From Azolla caroliniana (Eukaryota > Plantae > Polypodiophyta): a stretch of 64,000 bases of DNA. A program made the translations under genes and the position numbers. The notes below the pieces were generated by a model. The model worked only from the letters and a program-made list of their open reading frames with translations. It had not been told where the DNA came from and made no database searches. The stretch covers positions 26,660,001 to 26,724,000 of the forward strand of contig JBHGNT010000002.1 in the NCBI GenBank assembly GCA_043228905.1, in the 5' to 3' direction. Shown piece after piece: positions 25,330-36,830 of the stretch (within the stretch, counting starts at the first letter, position 1; the number at the start of each line of letters is the position of its first letter).

Positions 25330-25690
25330 TTCATTAGTAACGTTGTTCGCTCTACACTCCTCATGGGATTCTGTACAATCAGGCTTATCTTCAGGGAAAG
25401 CGATGTTCTTTCCACGATCCTCATGGGCTTCACAAGACACTACTAGCACATTCTCAGTACAATCAAGCTCCTCTTCAGTACTTGCCATATTCTTTCCACA
25501 CTCTTCATGGGCTTCAATCTTCTCTTCAGTACTTGCCATATTCTTTCCACACTCTACATGGGCTTCAATCTTCTCTTCAGTACTTGCCATATTCTTTCCA
25601 CACTCCTCATAGGCTTCTTTAGACATAATGTTGTTTGTACATGCCAGCTGCTCTTCACATATGAATGCTGCGTTTTTCTCACAATCCTCA
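25330..25690 (-). repeat. Coding 54-bp repeat (AHEECGKNMASTEEKIE-type), three good and several degenerate copies
   Basis: Visible in ORF 24826-25794 and as TCTTCAGTACTTGCCATATTCTTTCCACACTC repeats. Confidence 0.85.
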
Positions 25691-26689
25691 TGTGTGGAAG
25701 ATGTGCTTCCAGAGTCTGCCTCCGTGCAAAGGTTAATTTGATTCTGACTCTGACCAGAATCTGACTCTACACTTGTGCTCCATGAAGTTCCCAATTCATT
25801 TGATTGCAGTTGGGAATTAGACTGCTCTTGTAAACCTAATTAATGGGATTCCAAAGAATATTGGTATCAACTCACATACTCAAAAGTTTGCAAACAATGA
25901 ACATAGGGTTTAGGGCCACATTTTTACCTAATGTTACATCGTCATACTGTACAGCCGTAGATACCCCATTGCAAGTGGTGGGCTCGGTCATCTTCTCCAC
26001 AACATCTAGGTGCTCAACAGTGTTGTTATGATCTATAATAACAACAAAAATAGGGTTGTTATGAGCTAAATCATTGTTTTCAAAGTCTGGCTTTTGACGT
26101 GTACCTGGGAGTGTGATAAATTCGTCTTCATGATCAGGTTTTGGACTCGTATCTCCGTCACCAAATATCATTTCATCATCAGCTAGTAACACAAGTACAT
26201 GGTATTAGACAATGGATTAGGTTGACAATGCTCCGGACAGATGAGAACTTATATGACTCACCATTGCATTCAACTTTGCCTTTCTTGCCGTTTCCATACA
26301 ACATTCTTGCAACATTTCTCTTCTTACTGGGCTCTATTTGTAAAGAAACTGCATTTGTCTTCTTAGTGGGCTCTATTTCTTGATGTTGACCGGAGCTTGG
26401 GGAATTTGTTTGTAGAAGCATATGTTCCACTGCTCCAATGGCCCTTCTCATACATTCATCCTCATCATAAAAATCATAGGTTATTGGTAATGATGGTCCC
26501 TGAACCTTGGAATGTGCAGCAGATATTGAGGGTTTAGGCAAAGGGGCTGGTTGTTCCATTACCTTCCCTAGCGTGGAGTTGCTTGACACTACAACATTCA
26601 TTGCAAGAAACAAAAAAACCTTGAATGTTAGTACCATCATCTAAAATATATAATGTAGGTCACAAGAGCTGCTTCCCATTTTACACAAT

Positions 26690-27960
26690 GTACCAATCAT
26701 GAACAATGTACTACTCACATAGTTCCTAAATTACTGAACTAGTACTATTAAGGAACACTGTACTGCTCACTTAGTTCCCAATTTACACAAGTAGTACTAA
26801 TCATGCACAATATACACAAGTAGTACTAATCATGCACAATATACTACTCACTTAGTTACCAAATTACACAAGGAGTGCTAATCCCGAACAATGTACCACT
26901 GACTTAGTCAAATTAAAAAGTAGTACTAATCTTGAACAATGTACTACTCACTTGTTTCCTAAATTACTGAACTAGTACTAATAAGGAACAATGTACTGCT
27001 CACTTAGTTCCCAATATACACGATTAGTACTAATCATGCACAATATACACAAGTAGTACTAATCATGCACAATATACACAAGTAGTACTAATCATGCACA
27101 ATATACTACTCACTTAGTTACCAAATTACACAAGTACTAATCCCGAAAAATGTACCACTGACTTAGTCAAATTAATAAGTAGTACTAATCTTGAACAATG
27201 TACTACTCACTTATTTCCTAAATCACTGAACTAGTACTAATCCCGAACAATGTACTGCTCACTTAGTTCCCAATTTACACAAGTAGTACTAATCATGCAC
27301 AATATACTACTCACTTAGTTACCAAATTACACAAGGAGTACTAATCCCGAACAATGTACTGCTCACTTAGTTCCCAATTTACACAAGTAGTACTAATCAT
27401 GCACAATATACTACTCACTTAGTTAGCAAATTACACAAGGAGTACTAATCCCGAACAATGTACTGCTCACTTAGTTCCCAATTTACACAAGTAGTACTAA
27501 TCATGCACAATATACTACTCACTTAGTTACCAAATTACACAAGGAGTACTAATCCCGAACAATGTAATGCTCACTTAGTTCCCAATTTACACAAGTAGTA
27601 CTAATCATGCACAATATACTATTCACTTAGTTAGCAAATTACACAAGGAGTACTAATCCCGAACAATGTACCACTGACTTAGTCAAATTACACAATTAGT
27701 ACTAATCCTACAAAATGTACTACTCACTTATTTTCTAGATTACTGATCTAGTACTAGTAAGGTACAAAACTAGTACTAATAAGGAACAAAGTACTACTCA
27801 GTTCCCAAATTACAAAACTAGTATTAATCATGAGCAATGTACTAGTAACTTAGTTCACAAAGTACAGAACTAGTACTAATCATGAACCATGTAGTACTTA
27901 CTAAGTACTAATCCAACAAATGTAGATTGGTATTTTGCACACAAGTAATACTAAACATGA
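26690..27960. repeat. 52-bp tandem array organised as a 104-bp dimer, inside the large intron of the RING gene
   Basis: TCCCGAACAATGTA at 27241, 27345, 27449, 27553 and 27657 (104-bp period), alternating with TCATGCACAATATA subunits. Rich in (T/G)AGTACTAAT. Confidence 0.93.
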
Positions 27961-29839
27961 TATGTGTTCTACACACCTAGTTACATAACTTGTACTAATT
28001 ACACCAACAATATTAATCTTGAACAATATTAGTACTAAACGTGATATGTGTTTGACACACCTCATTTCCAAATTACAATAATTGTACTATTATTCAGCAA
28101 TTTACTATACACCTTGTTCCCAAATTACATTACTAGTACTAATTCCCAAGTTACACAAACAATACTAACAGTCAACAGTGTACTATAAGTATAGTGTTTA
28201 CTAAACTAATACTAGGCAAGTTGCAATATAGATTGGACGATGTTGTACCTGGTTCCCTTTTAGTACTACTAATTCTGGAAAATATCCCTTCAACTACACA
28301 TACCAATTATATATTAAGAGTACAGCCAATACTAACCCACATAATTAGGGTTCCACATAATAGTTGTTAAAGATTACACTAAATTTGAAGTATGAATTGT
28401 GGCATACACTAGTTCTAGTCCAAATGTTAATTGACATCATATAATACAAACAATAGAATAGTAGAGCCACATACCGTACGGGTGTACTTTTAAACCCCAA
28501 GCATAGTACCACTCAGCCGCAATTGTAGTTTTACAGTCCATACATGTATTCTCTTTCTCAAAATGATACTTAGCACATAGCACATGATATGTGTGCAAGC
28601 ATGGTGTAATCATAACATCCATAGCCTCCAGCTTGAATCCAAGGCCACAAAATATACACCTGGAAGATTGCAAACACAAGTTATAATATATTAGCTGCTC
28701 ACTTATTTATACCAGAGAAGTAGAAATAAATAACTTTTAAAGCCAATACCATGATATAGCTATACTAATAATGGTACTTTCTATACCACTTGGGTGCTCA
28801 ATTACAGATGGACACAAAGTATCAAAACCCTTTTGTTTTAAATCCTGCATCAAGCATGCAAGGTTCTCAGAATGCAACTTTAAGGCTGACAACTTATTAT
28901 CTATTTCTTCATGTGCATTCTTGCAAGTATCAAGGTCTCTCATCTATGAACCTAATTGAGTGCCCATATTGTTCAGCTCTTTCTTCAACTCCTCTTTCAA
29001 CACCTCACTTTCTGAATTTTGGATTGTCGATGCAATCCATTCATATGTAGTTTTTATTGAAGAAAATTTCTTTTCTGCCTGTATCTCAGCTGATTTAACT
29101 GCTTCCAAATCAGCAAGTAGTGTTTGTATTCTTGAGCTCATAGAAGCTATGCAACCGGCCATCATCTGTTCATGCTTTTCAGTCATTGTGGCCCATACCT
29201 TTGCCTCTAGAACTTGGTGGACAGGTGTTATAGCTAGAATATCCACATGAGAGGTTCCAGATGACTTCAAGCCAGTGTTGGTACTGGAGGACCCTTTGTA
29301 ATGTTCTGACCGGTGCCGATTAAAATCTTCTCAATTTACGTCAATGCCACCTTGAACTTCACATGCAAAAGCACGTGCAAAAACAGTACCCACCTCATTG
29401 TTAGTGATTTGATTTGTATCATAAACATGTTCGTATCTCGTCTTCAATAAATTCATGTATTCCCTCTTCAAACCACTTATGTGGAATCCTCGCCTTGTGT
29501 CGGGATGTGCTGACCCCCAGGTTTTTAACAACCACTCTCTCAACTCTGGATAAACGTCAGGTCGTGCTCGAAGGAAATAATTCCATCCAAGAGGTGTGTC
29601 TCGACTGATGGAGTGGTACATCTTCTTTCTCTGTGTTGATGAATTCATCACCCTTTCTCTTGTGGGTGTCTTCTTGCTTTCTTTCATGGGTGTCCTTCTT
29701 CCTTCCTTCACTGGTGTCTTCACTTTCTCTTTCATCAATGTCTTCTTTATGGGTGTCCTTCTCGTCATTGTCCTAGTCAACACAATTCTCAGGGAATGAA
29801 TATGCATGTACTAGAAGAAAACTCAAGCAATTACCATCA

Positions 29840-30385
29840 ACACATAGCAAATCATCACATTGCATGTACAAACCATGTCAAACACACAATAACCCTAAAT
29901 AGTCGGAAAAAAACTCATCCATGTCAAACACAGACAATAAAAACAGACGGATAGGAAAGTCAAAGAAAACGAAAACATTGTAAATCATCATAGCCAACTC
30001 CATCACATCGCATGTACAAGCCATGTCAAACACACAAAAACCCAAAATAGTCGGAAAAACACTCATCCATGTCAAACTGACACAAAATAAAACAGATGGA
30101 CAGGAAACAAGAACAAAACGAAAACATAGCAACTCATCGTAGCCAACTCCATTTACGTTGCATGTACAAACATGTCTAACACACAACCACCTCGATCAAA
30201 ATATTGTCATACATTTTTAAAAGAAACACAGAGAAAACAAAAACATACCAGTTGGGCATGCAACACATAGACTATGAATAATCAAACCCTAAAAATGGCC
30301 ATACACATGCAAATAAAAAACAGACAGACAGGAAACATTCAGAAAAAGAAAACATACCAGTTGGGTATGCAACACAGAGAATACC
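29840..30385. repeat. About 149-bp tandem repeat (about 2.5 copies) followed by an about 110-bp duplication, upstream of the RING gene ORF
   Basis: GCATGTACAA..CATGTC.AACACACAA near 29862, 30010 and 30160. AAACATACCAGTTGGG.ATGCAACACA near 30241 and 30350. Confidence 0.8.
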
Positions 30386-30857
30386 TGGAGGTCGTACAAC
30401 TTGCAGAGGTACCACACCGTGTTGATTTCAACACCTTGGGAGCACACCAAGCCTTCAAAATCACCTATATGCAAGAGTTTGTTGACGAGACTGCTGCAGA
30501 GGAGACAAACGAGCATACACAAGGAAGGAAAATCAACAACACATACAACGAGCAGGGGAAACAAAAATCCGCACGTATATAGAGTTCAGAGATCGAACCT
30601 GGCACAGAGGGGAACACAAGAACAGCTACGCGGGGAAACAGAGAATCGAAGGTGGAGTGAGAGAGAGAAACAGAAAGAAAGAAAGAAACAGAGCTTCGAA
30701 GGTGGAGTGAGAGAGAGAAAGAGAGAGATAGACCTGTAATAGATATGTCGTCTTTCTTTAACTTTCTGCCACTGTCTGTCTGACAACTTCGAGACAGAAG
30801 AGAGAGAGAGAGCGAGAGAGAGATACCAATTGACACGTTCGACTACCCATACCAGAG

Positions 30858-32382
30858 AGATAGATAGATAGATAGATAGATTATATTATCGTCTTCGGAG
30901 ATCAAATATGACCTATGAGACCAAAAATATTACATTTCACGTGATACGTGTGAAAGTGAGTAGTGACTCTCGATGTTCAAGAACTTTACCAATGAATGTT
31001 GCAATCGAGAGTGCACATTGGGGTTGTGAGAGGAATTCATGCAAAGATTGGGCTCGATCGAAGAGATGTGGAAAGCATGGTCGAATATGATCAAAGGCAG
31101 AGCATTGTATCAAAGTGTGATACTCAGACTCGCGAACTTGTTTAGGGCAAAGTGTGCATAACCGACCACTCTCATCACTTGTACCCCAACGCCCTGTTTC
31201 ACATCGCAATGCATGTGAGCTAAGTCGCATGGAAGCAATGGTTCGAATGGCAGATAACGGTATGGGCTCTAACATGTATGGATGTGTACGATTTCCCCGT
31301 TCCGCAAAGAATATGGTTTTGTAGTTAGGTGCAACATGTGTAGTATAATGTGTGAAGCGTGAGCCTCCACATTTGTCCCATGTCATGATACATTGGCGTT
31401 GCAAAAATGCCTCATTTACAGAGGAATCTAATGATGCATCATGAAGCAAGTGTCTCGCATCCCATCTACCAAACCATTTTTCTATATCTTGCATCCAACC
31501 GGAACACAAAATTTTGCTTTTATGCGTCTTTTGGATCTTTTTGCTTGCTTCCCACGCAATTCTAGGAAGTCGATGTGAGGGACTTTTTTGAACCTTAAGC
31601 ATGTATTCAACAACCCTTTCCATGGCCATGATCTCAATGGGAAGCGATCCCGTCTCAAGGAGGAGGAGGGTGTAGGGCGTTTGTTTCTTAACTTGTAGAA
31701 ACTTGGTAAGAAAATGCTTTTGGACATTTTCAAACTCTTTCCACATAGACTTAGGGATGCTACCGCCCCATACTTCCACCCCATAGAGAAGAACTGTTGT
31801 CACCAAAGTGTCAAAAAGATATTTCTTGAGGACCCAACACTTAATATCTCCAAGATTGCATGTGTTCTCAAATGCATAGTATGCTCGTTTGCCCGCCTCT
31901 AAGCGGCGTGTAGCACATTCATTCCATCTATGATTTGAAGGAACTTCAAGGCCAAGATATTTGAAGCTTTCCACACATTCAAGTGGCTCATTGTTGTACA
32001 TAATGCATGGTTTATCTCTTTTTTGGCTCTTCACAAGCATAATCTTTGTTTTAGAGCTATTGACACTTAATTTAGTATGCATGCAAAATTTTTCCAATGC
32101 CTTCATAAGCTTTTGTGCATCTCCTAAAGTATTTGCAAAAAGCACTACGTCATCTGCATATAGCAAAAGCATAATCACAACATTCCCAATGGCAACTTCT
32201 TCAACACATTCTTCCTTTGCAAACTTGGTAACCATTTCTTCCAATTCATCAATGCATAGACCAAATAGTGTTGGTGAGAGTGGGCATCCTTGCTTAACAC
32301 CAATAGTGCTTTTGAAAAAATCTGAAACTGAGACTGACCAACTGTCACAATGGATACCTTCTCCAAGTGTGCTTTCGTACAA
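30858..32382 (-). mobile_element. 5'-truncated RTEX-like non-LTR retrotransposon with a (CTAT)n tail
   Basis: Open 481-aa frame: GVKQGCPLSP, YADD, YLG, LLYGVEVWG, RLSSHALRCETGRW, CTLC...EYH...C. (GATA)n on the + strand at 30858-30881. The 5' end lies between about 32325 and 32382. Confidence 0.82.
30937..32382 (-). CDS. Partial RT plus C-terminal CCHC domain (uninterrupted frame, 5'-truncated)
   Basis: ORF track, 481 aa, lacking the endonuclease and the N-terminal RT subdomains. Confidence 0.75.
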   Translation of the reverse strand: MYESTLGEGIHCDSWSVSVSDFFKSTIGVKQGCPLSPTLFGLCIDELEEMVTKFAKEECVEEVAIGNVVIMLLLYADDVVLFANTLGDAQKLMKALEKFCMHTKLSVNSSKTKIMLVKSQKRDKPCIMYNNEPLECVESFKYLGLEVPSNHRWNECATRRLEAGKRAYYAFENTCNLGDIKCWVLKKYLFDTLVTTVLLYGVEVWGGSIPKSMWKEFENVQKHFLTKFLQVKKQTPYTLLLLETGSLPIEIMAMERVVEYMLKVQKSPSHRLPRIAWEASKKIQKTHKSKILCSGWMQDIEKWFGRWDARHLLHDASLDSSVNEAFLQRQCIMTWDKCGGSRFTHYTTHVAPNYKTIFFAERGNRTHPYMLEPIPLSAIRTIASMRLSSHALRCETGRWGTSDESGRLCTLCPKQVRESEYHTLIQCSAFDHIRPCFPHLFDRAQSLHEFLSQPQCALSIATFIGKVLEHRESLLTFTRIT

Positions 32383-34096
32383 CTCTACCTAGGAGACTGG
32401 GGCAACAATTAATGTATTAAATATGGCCTAGGGACATTTCGAGTGTGACGTATAATATCTTTGTGCATTCGAGTGTGACGTAATGAATTTGTTTTTTGTT
32501 TTTTGAAATTTATTTACAATTTTTAATGTTTATTTTCTTCTTCGATTTAGTACTAAATTTTTGGCCAAAAGTTGGTACACCGTAGCATGCTTCGACCCAT
32601 AGAAGGGTTGATCTATCATAGTAATTCTCTTCTCTATTCTTAATAGCAGATTTATTTACCCAAATTTAGGGAAGTTACAATATACAAAAGGGAGAGAGAA
32701 GGACAATACGTTAAGTACATACTCAGCCATGGAGGGACCATCGACATCAACGCCCCGAGAGTGATGCAGTGCATCAGCTCTCAATCCAGTCTTTGTCGAA
32801 GGGATTTTAGACATTAACCTTGCACCAAAGGATGAAGTGATTGTTGTGCAAGAGGTGGTTCGTCTTCAGGCCGTCTCAATAGTGATACATGTCTTGGGAA
32901 GTCGGCCGAGCAAAGGGGATCTTCGACATTTGTTATAGTCTTCAATCCAATCAGATTTGAATAAAATTATTGACATTCAAACATTAGAACGTGGTTGCTA
33001 TTAATTGGAATTCGAGAATGGTGAATCGGTTTTCCGTCTCTTGTCATTGGGCTCAGTGGATCTTAAGGGTGCATTGGCGGTGTTTTATCCTTGGCGTCAC
33101 GGATTTAATACAATTGCATTACAAGAGGATTCAGTTGTGATGTTCACTTGTACGACGGTTTTCCCAAGCTTGGAGAAAGAATGGAGGAAGATATTGACTA
33201 AATTAGGTGCATCTATTGGTAGGGTCTTGGCATTTCAATCACGGAATACGAAGGAGGTTTTGGAAGGAGGAGCCCCGTCAGTGAAATTGTCATGTAGGAA
33301 GGGGGACAAATTGCCGTGACAATGGATTCAATTGCCGAAACTAGATGGAAATGATTTTCAACAATTTTAGAAAGTTGTATATTATGGTTTACCAAATCAA
33401 TGTTATAGGTGTAAGGAATTAGGTCATATTGCCAAAGCCTGTCCATTGGAACAAGATACTACCTCGTCCGGTGAAGGCCTTGTTCAAAAATCTTTGCAAT
33501 GGCAGACCGTGAATAGAAGGCAAGTGTTTTGGGGAAAGAAAAAAATGGATTTGCCTGATAGAATTTATGATAATCCTTTGCAATAGTTTTTAGTTTTGAA
33601 TAGTGTTGCGTAGGTTGTGGAAGCAAATTACGAGCCGTTACATATTGTTGCATTGGATGGTGTTGATAGCCAACAAGCTAGTATGGTTCAGGAGGTTGGT
33701 CTTTGTGAGGATGCAGTGCCTATGAATAATCCTTCAAAGGTTCAAAAGTTGGTGCAACATTTAGAGAATCAATCAAACAAGCAAGTATGTTCTTTTAAGC
33801 CAGAAATTCAGCAAATTTCTATATCTAAGGACATTGTGCCTTTTTCTTATGCTGAGATTGTGAGAAAGAATGTAGAGGATCACTCTAAGAAGATGGTGTT
33901 GCATGCTGAAAATGTTCCCATTCCTTATCAATTTTCAGCGTCCAATAGTGTAGTTGAGGCTGTAGGGAATAGCAAAAATAGAGTATACAAGGATACTAGA
34001 AATTCTAATATGGAAAAAAGATTTACTAGAGCAGTTTCTTTAGCTCAAAAGGAACAGAGTGATATCTTGAAGGATAAAAGGTTGTTACCTCCCTCC

Positions 34097-34438
34097 TGTT
34101 GGTAGACAGGTCCCTCCGGATGGGAAGTGAGAAGACCAGTGCCGACGAACAAACGGTATGAACCAGATGAGGAGTACCCGACTGCGGAGAGTCGGATGGT
34201 GTAGGCCCGGTATGAACCGGATGAGGAGTACCCGACTGCGGAGAGCCGGATGGGGAGTACCCGACTGCAGAGAGCCGGATGGAGCCCATCAAGGCTACAT
34301 TTGTAAATAGCCGAAAAGTCATATTAGTATAAATATGACTTAGGGCAAACTTTTAGTTGTAGTTGTTGTCGTTTTATGTTGTTATTATTCTTTCTTGTTG
34401 GTGCAAGAAGAAATTAGAGCGCGTAACTGTACAGAGAC

Positions 34439-34471
<33 letters not shown>

Positions 34472-34749
34472 CGAGGTCATTGCCTCTGTTGTAACCGCCG
34501 CCTGTGGCGAAGATCTGAGAGCACGAGGTCGTTGCCTCAGTGATCTCACTGTTGTATATTTCTACATAGTGATAGTTTGCAGCTTGTGGGCTGCCGTGGT
34601 TTTTCCCCTATTTTGGGGTTTTCCACGTATACCTCCTGTGTACCATTTCTCCTCTTTTGTGTCGCGTTTCATTACCTGTTTTTCTGTGTATAAAAAGGAA
34701 TCAAGGTTGAGGCCGAGCGTCGGACATAAGGAACGTCGAGTTCCCAACA
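34097..34749 (+). mobile_element. Solo LTR of the copia A family, TSD CCTCC
   Basis: TGTTGGTAGACAGG...TTCCCAACA, with CCTCC at 34092-34096 and 34750-34754. Confidence 0.93.
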
Positions 34750-35975
34750 CCTCCTTGTGATATGGATTCGTTGACTTTACTCTCTTGGAATGTACAAGGG
34801 TTAGGAGGTGATAAATTTCATAAAGTGAAAGGTTGTTTAATCAGGAACTATCATCTCAATATGTGGGTAAATTTGACATTTTATTGATACAAGAGCATCA
34901 TTTATCATAGAATAGGGTGGCTAAATTTCGTAAATTCTTGAAGGGAAGGTGGTTTTATGATTGGACTCCGGCTTATGGGCCAACTAGAACGCAAGGGGTC
35001 TTGCTATTTCATGTTCTAAAAAATGGGCTTCTTTGATTGTAGACAAGGGTTTTTTACAAGGTGGTCGTGCACAATTTATAGTCTTAAAGCTATTAGAGAA
35101 AAAAGTTGGATTCTTGAATGTTTATGCACTGAATTCAGCAAGGGGAAGGGCACAATTTTGGTGCCAATTGTGGAATGATCTCCCTGTAATGGATCATTGG
35201 TGCATTTCTAGGGATTTTAACATGCTTGAAGACCCTTCTAATCGTATGGGTGGGAGCACAATTACAATCTCAGGTGCTGAGTTGGCTGAGTGGGAAGAAT
35301 TATGCTTTAAATTTAACTTGTAGGACTTATGGTTTATGCAGTCTTTTGCAAGAAGGGTAGATTCTTTGCAATTTTCTCGGTCGAACAAGCGGGTAGTGGA
35401 TGTCAATCTCTCTAGGATTGACAAGTTTCACGCGGATCAGTTTTTTTGGGAGTTACGTGGATCTCTAGGGATAATGTCGGGTACAAACTTTGTGGATCAT
35501 GCACTAGTAAATCTAACTTTGAAATTGCGATTGGCTGTATTTTAGGATCATGTTAAGATTCCAAAGTGGATTCTGAAGGATGATTCCATTACAGAGAGTG
35601 TTGCTTCTCTTTGGTCTAGTGTCTTTTCTCTTGATAAGTTAACTAAGGTTTTCAAGGCTTTATTTCAGCTTAAGAAACTGCTTTTTGGTAAGGCTAACGA
35701 TAAGAAATGTTTTCTTATCTCTCGGTTCGCAAATACAAGAAGAGGGTTGGCCTCGATTCAATGCTTGCAAGAAAGAGATAGTAACTCTATTTATCTTGAA
35801 AACAATTTACGGAAGTTAAGAGATGAGATTTTTCTTATGCAATCTAAAATGGCTGATTTTAAATACTCTGCATTTGCAGCAAAATGGTCTCAAAAGGGGG
35901 ACAAAATGTCTAAATTATTTTTTGATGTAGTTACTCCAAGACCACAGAAGTTTTAGATGGGTGCATTAAAGAGGG

Positions 35976-36830
35976 TGTTGGGAAACAGGTCCCTCCGGAT
36001 GGGAAGGGAGAAGATCAGTGCCGATGAACAAACTCGGCCGAGGCCGAAACCGTATGAGGTGGACTCGGCCACGGAGAGCCAGATGATGCAGACCCGGTGA
36101 AGACCGGATGAGGAGTACCCGGCTACGGAGAGCCGGATGGTACAGACCCGGTATGAACCGGATGAGGAGTACCCGGCCACGAAGAGCCGGATGATGCAGA
36201 CCCGGTGAAGACCGGATGAGGAGTACCCGGCCACGGAGAGCCGGATGATGCAGACCCGGTGAAGACCGGATGAGGAGTACCCGGCTACGGAGAGTCGGAT
36301 GATGCAGACCCGGTGAAGACCGGATCAGGAGTATCCAGCTACGGAGAACCGGATGAAGAGACATATTCGTAAATATGTTTTCTGATAGTCCATCGAGGCT
36401 ATATTTGTAAATAGCCGAAAAGTCATATTAGTATAAATATGACTTAGGGCAAACTTTTAGCAACGGTTGTTACTGTTGTTGTAGTTGTTGTCATTTTTCT
36501 TGTTGGTGCAAGAAGAAGAGAGTACGTAACGTTGTACAAAGAGAGAGAGAGAAAGAGGTCGCTGCCTCTGTTGTAACCGCCGCCTGTGGCGAAGATTGTG
36601 AGTCCGAGGTCGTTGCCTCCGTGAACTCACTGTTTTGTACATTCTTACATAGTGACAGTTTGCAGCCTGTGGGCTGCCGTGGTTTTTTCCCCTAGTTTGG
36701 GGTTTTCCACGTAAACCTCCTGTGTATCTTTCTCTCCTTTGTGTCGTGCATTTGTTCCCTGTTTTCTGCGTATGAAAAGAATCTCGGTTGTGGCCGAGCG
36801 TTGGACATAAGGAGCGTTGAGTTCCCGTCA
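35976..36830 (+). mobile_element. Solo LTR of the copia A family, TSD GAGGG, about 6 copies of the 54-bp repeat
   Basis: TGTTGGGAAACAGG...TTCCCGTCA, with GAGGG at 35971-35975 and 36831-36835. Repeat starts at 36056, 36110, 36164, 36218, 36272 and 36326. Confidence 0.93.

Larger units (their letters stand above)
23640..29807 (-). pseudogene. Multi-exon accessory gene: basic N-terminus, conserved-looking helical block, coiled coil, RING-H2 finger, acidic repeats, helical C-terminus
   Basis: ORFs 29331-29807, 28944-29270 and 28737-28943 are co-frame, separated by single stops. RING-H2 C-x2-C-x15-C-x-H-x2-H-x2-C-x10-C-x2-C in 28437-28679. Further minus-strand ORFs at 26179-26640, 25872-26192, 24826-25794, 24124-24576 and 23783-24091. 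Downstream exon joins are not fully resolved. Confidence 0.65.
20044..32598 (+). mobile_element. Putative Sola2-like DNA transposon, left end lost, carrying a second convergent gene
   Basis: DDD transposase gene, convergent RING gene and three tandem arrays. Candidate right end ...GCATGCTTCGACCC fits the CYC-3' terminus described for Sola2. The boundary is inferred because no partner TIR is in the window. Confidence 0.55.

Noticed and set aside
34097-36830. A single LTR element bounded by two similar LTRs
   Set aside because: Each LTR has its own TSD, there is no PBS or PPT, and the interior is collinear LINE ORF2.
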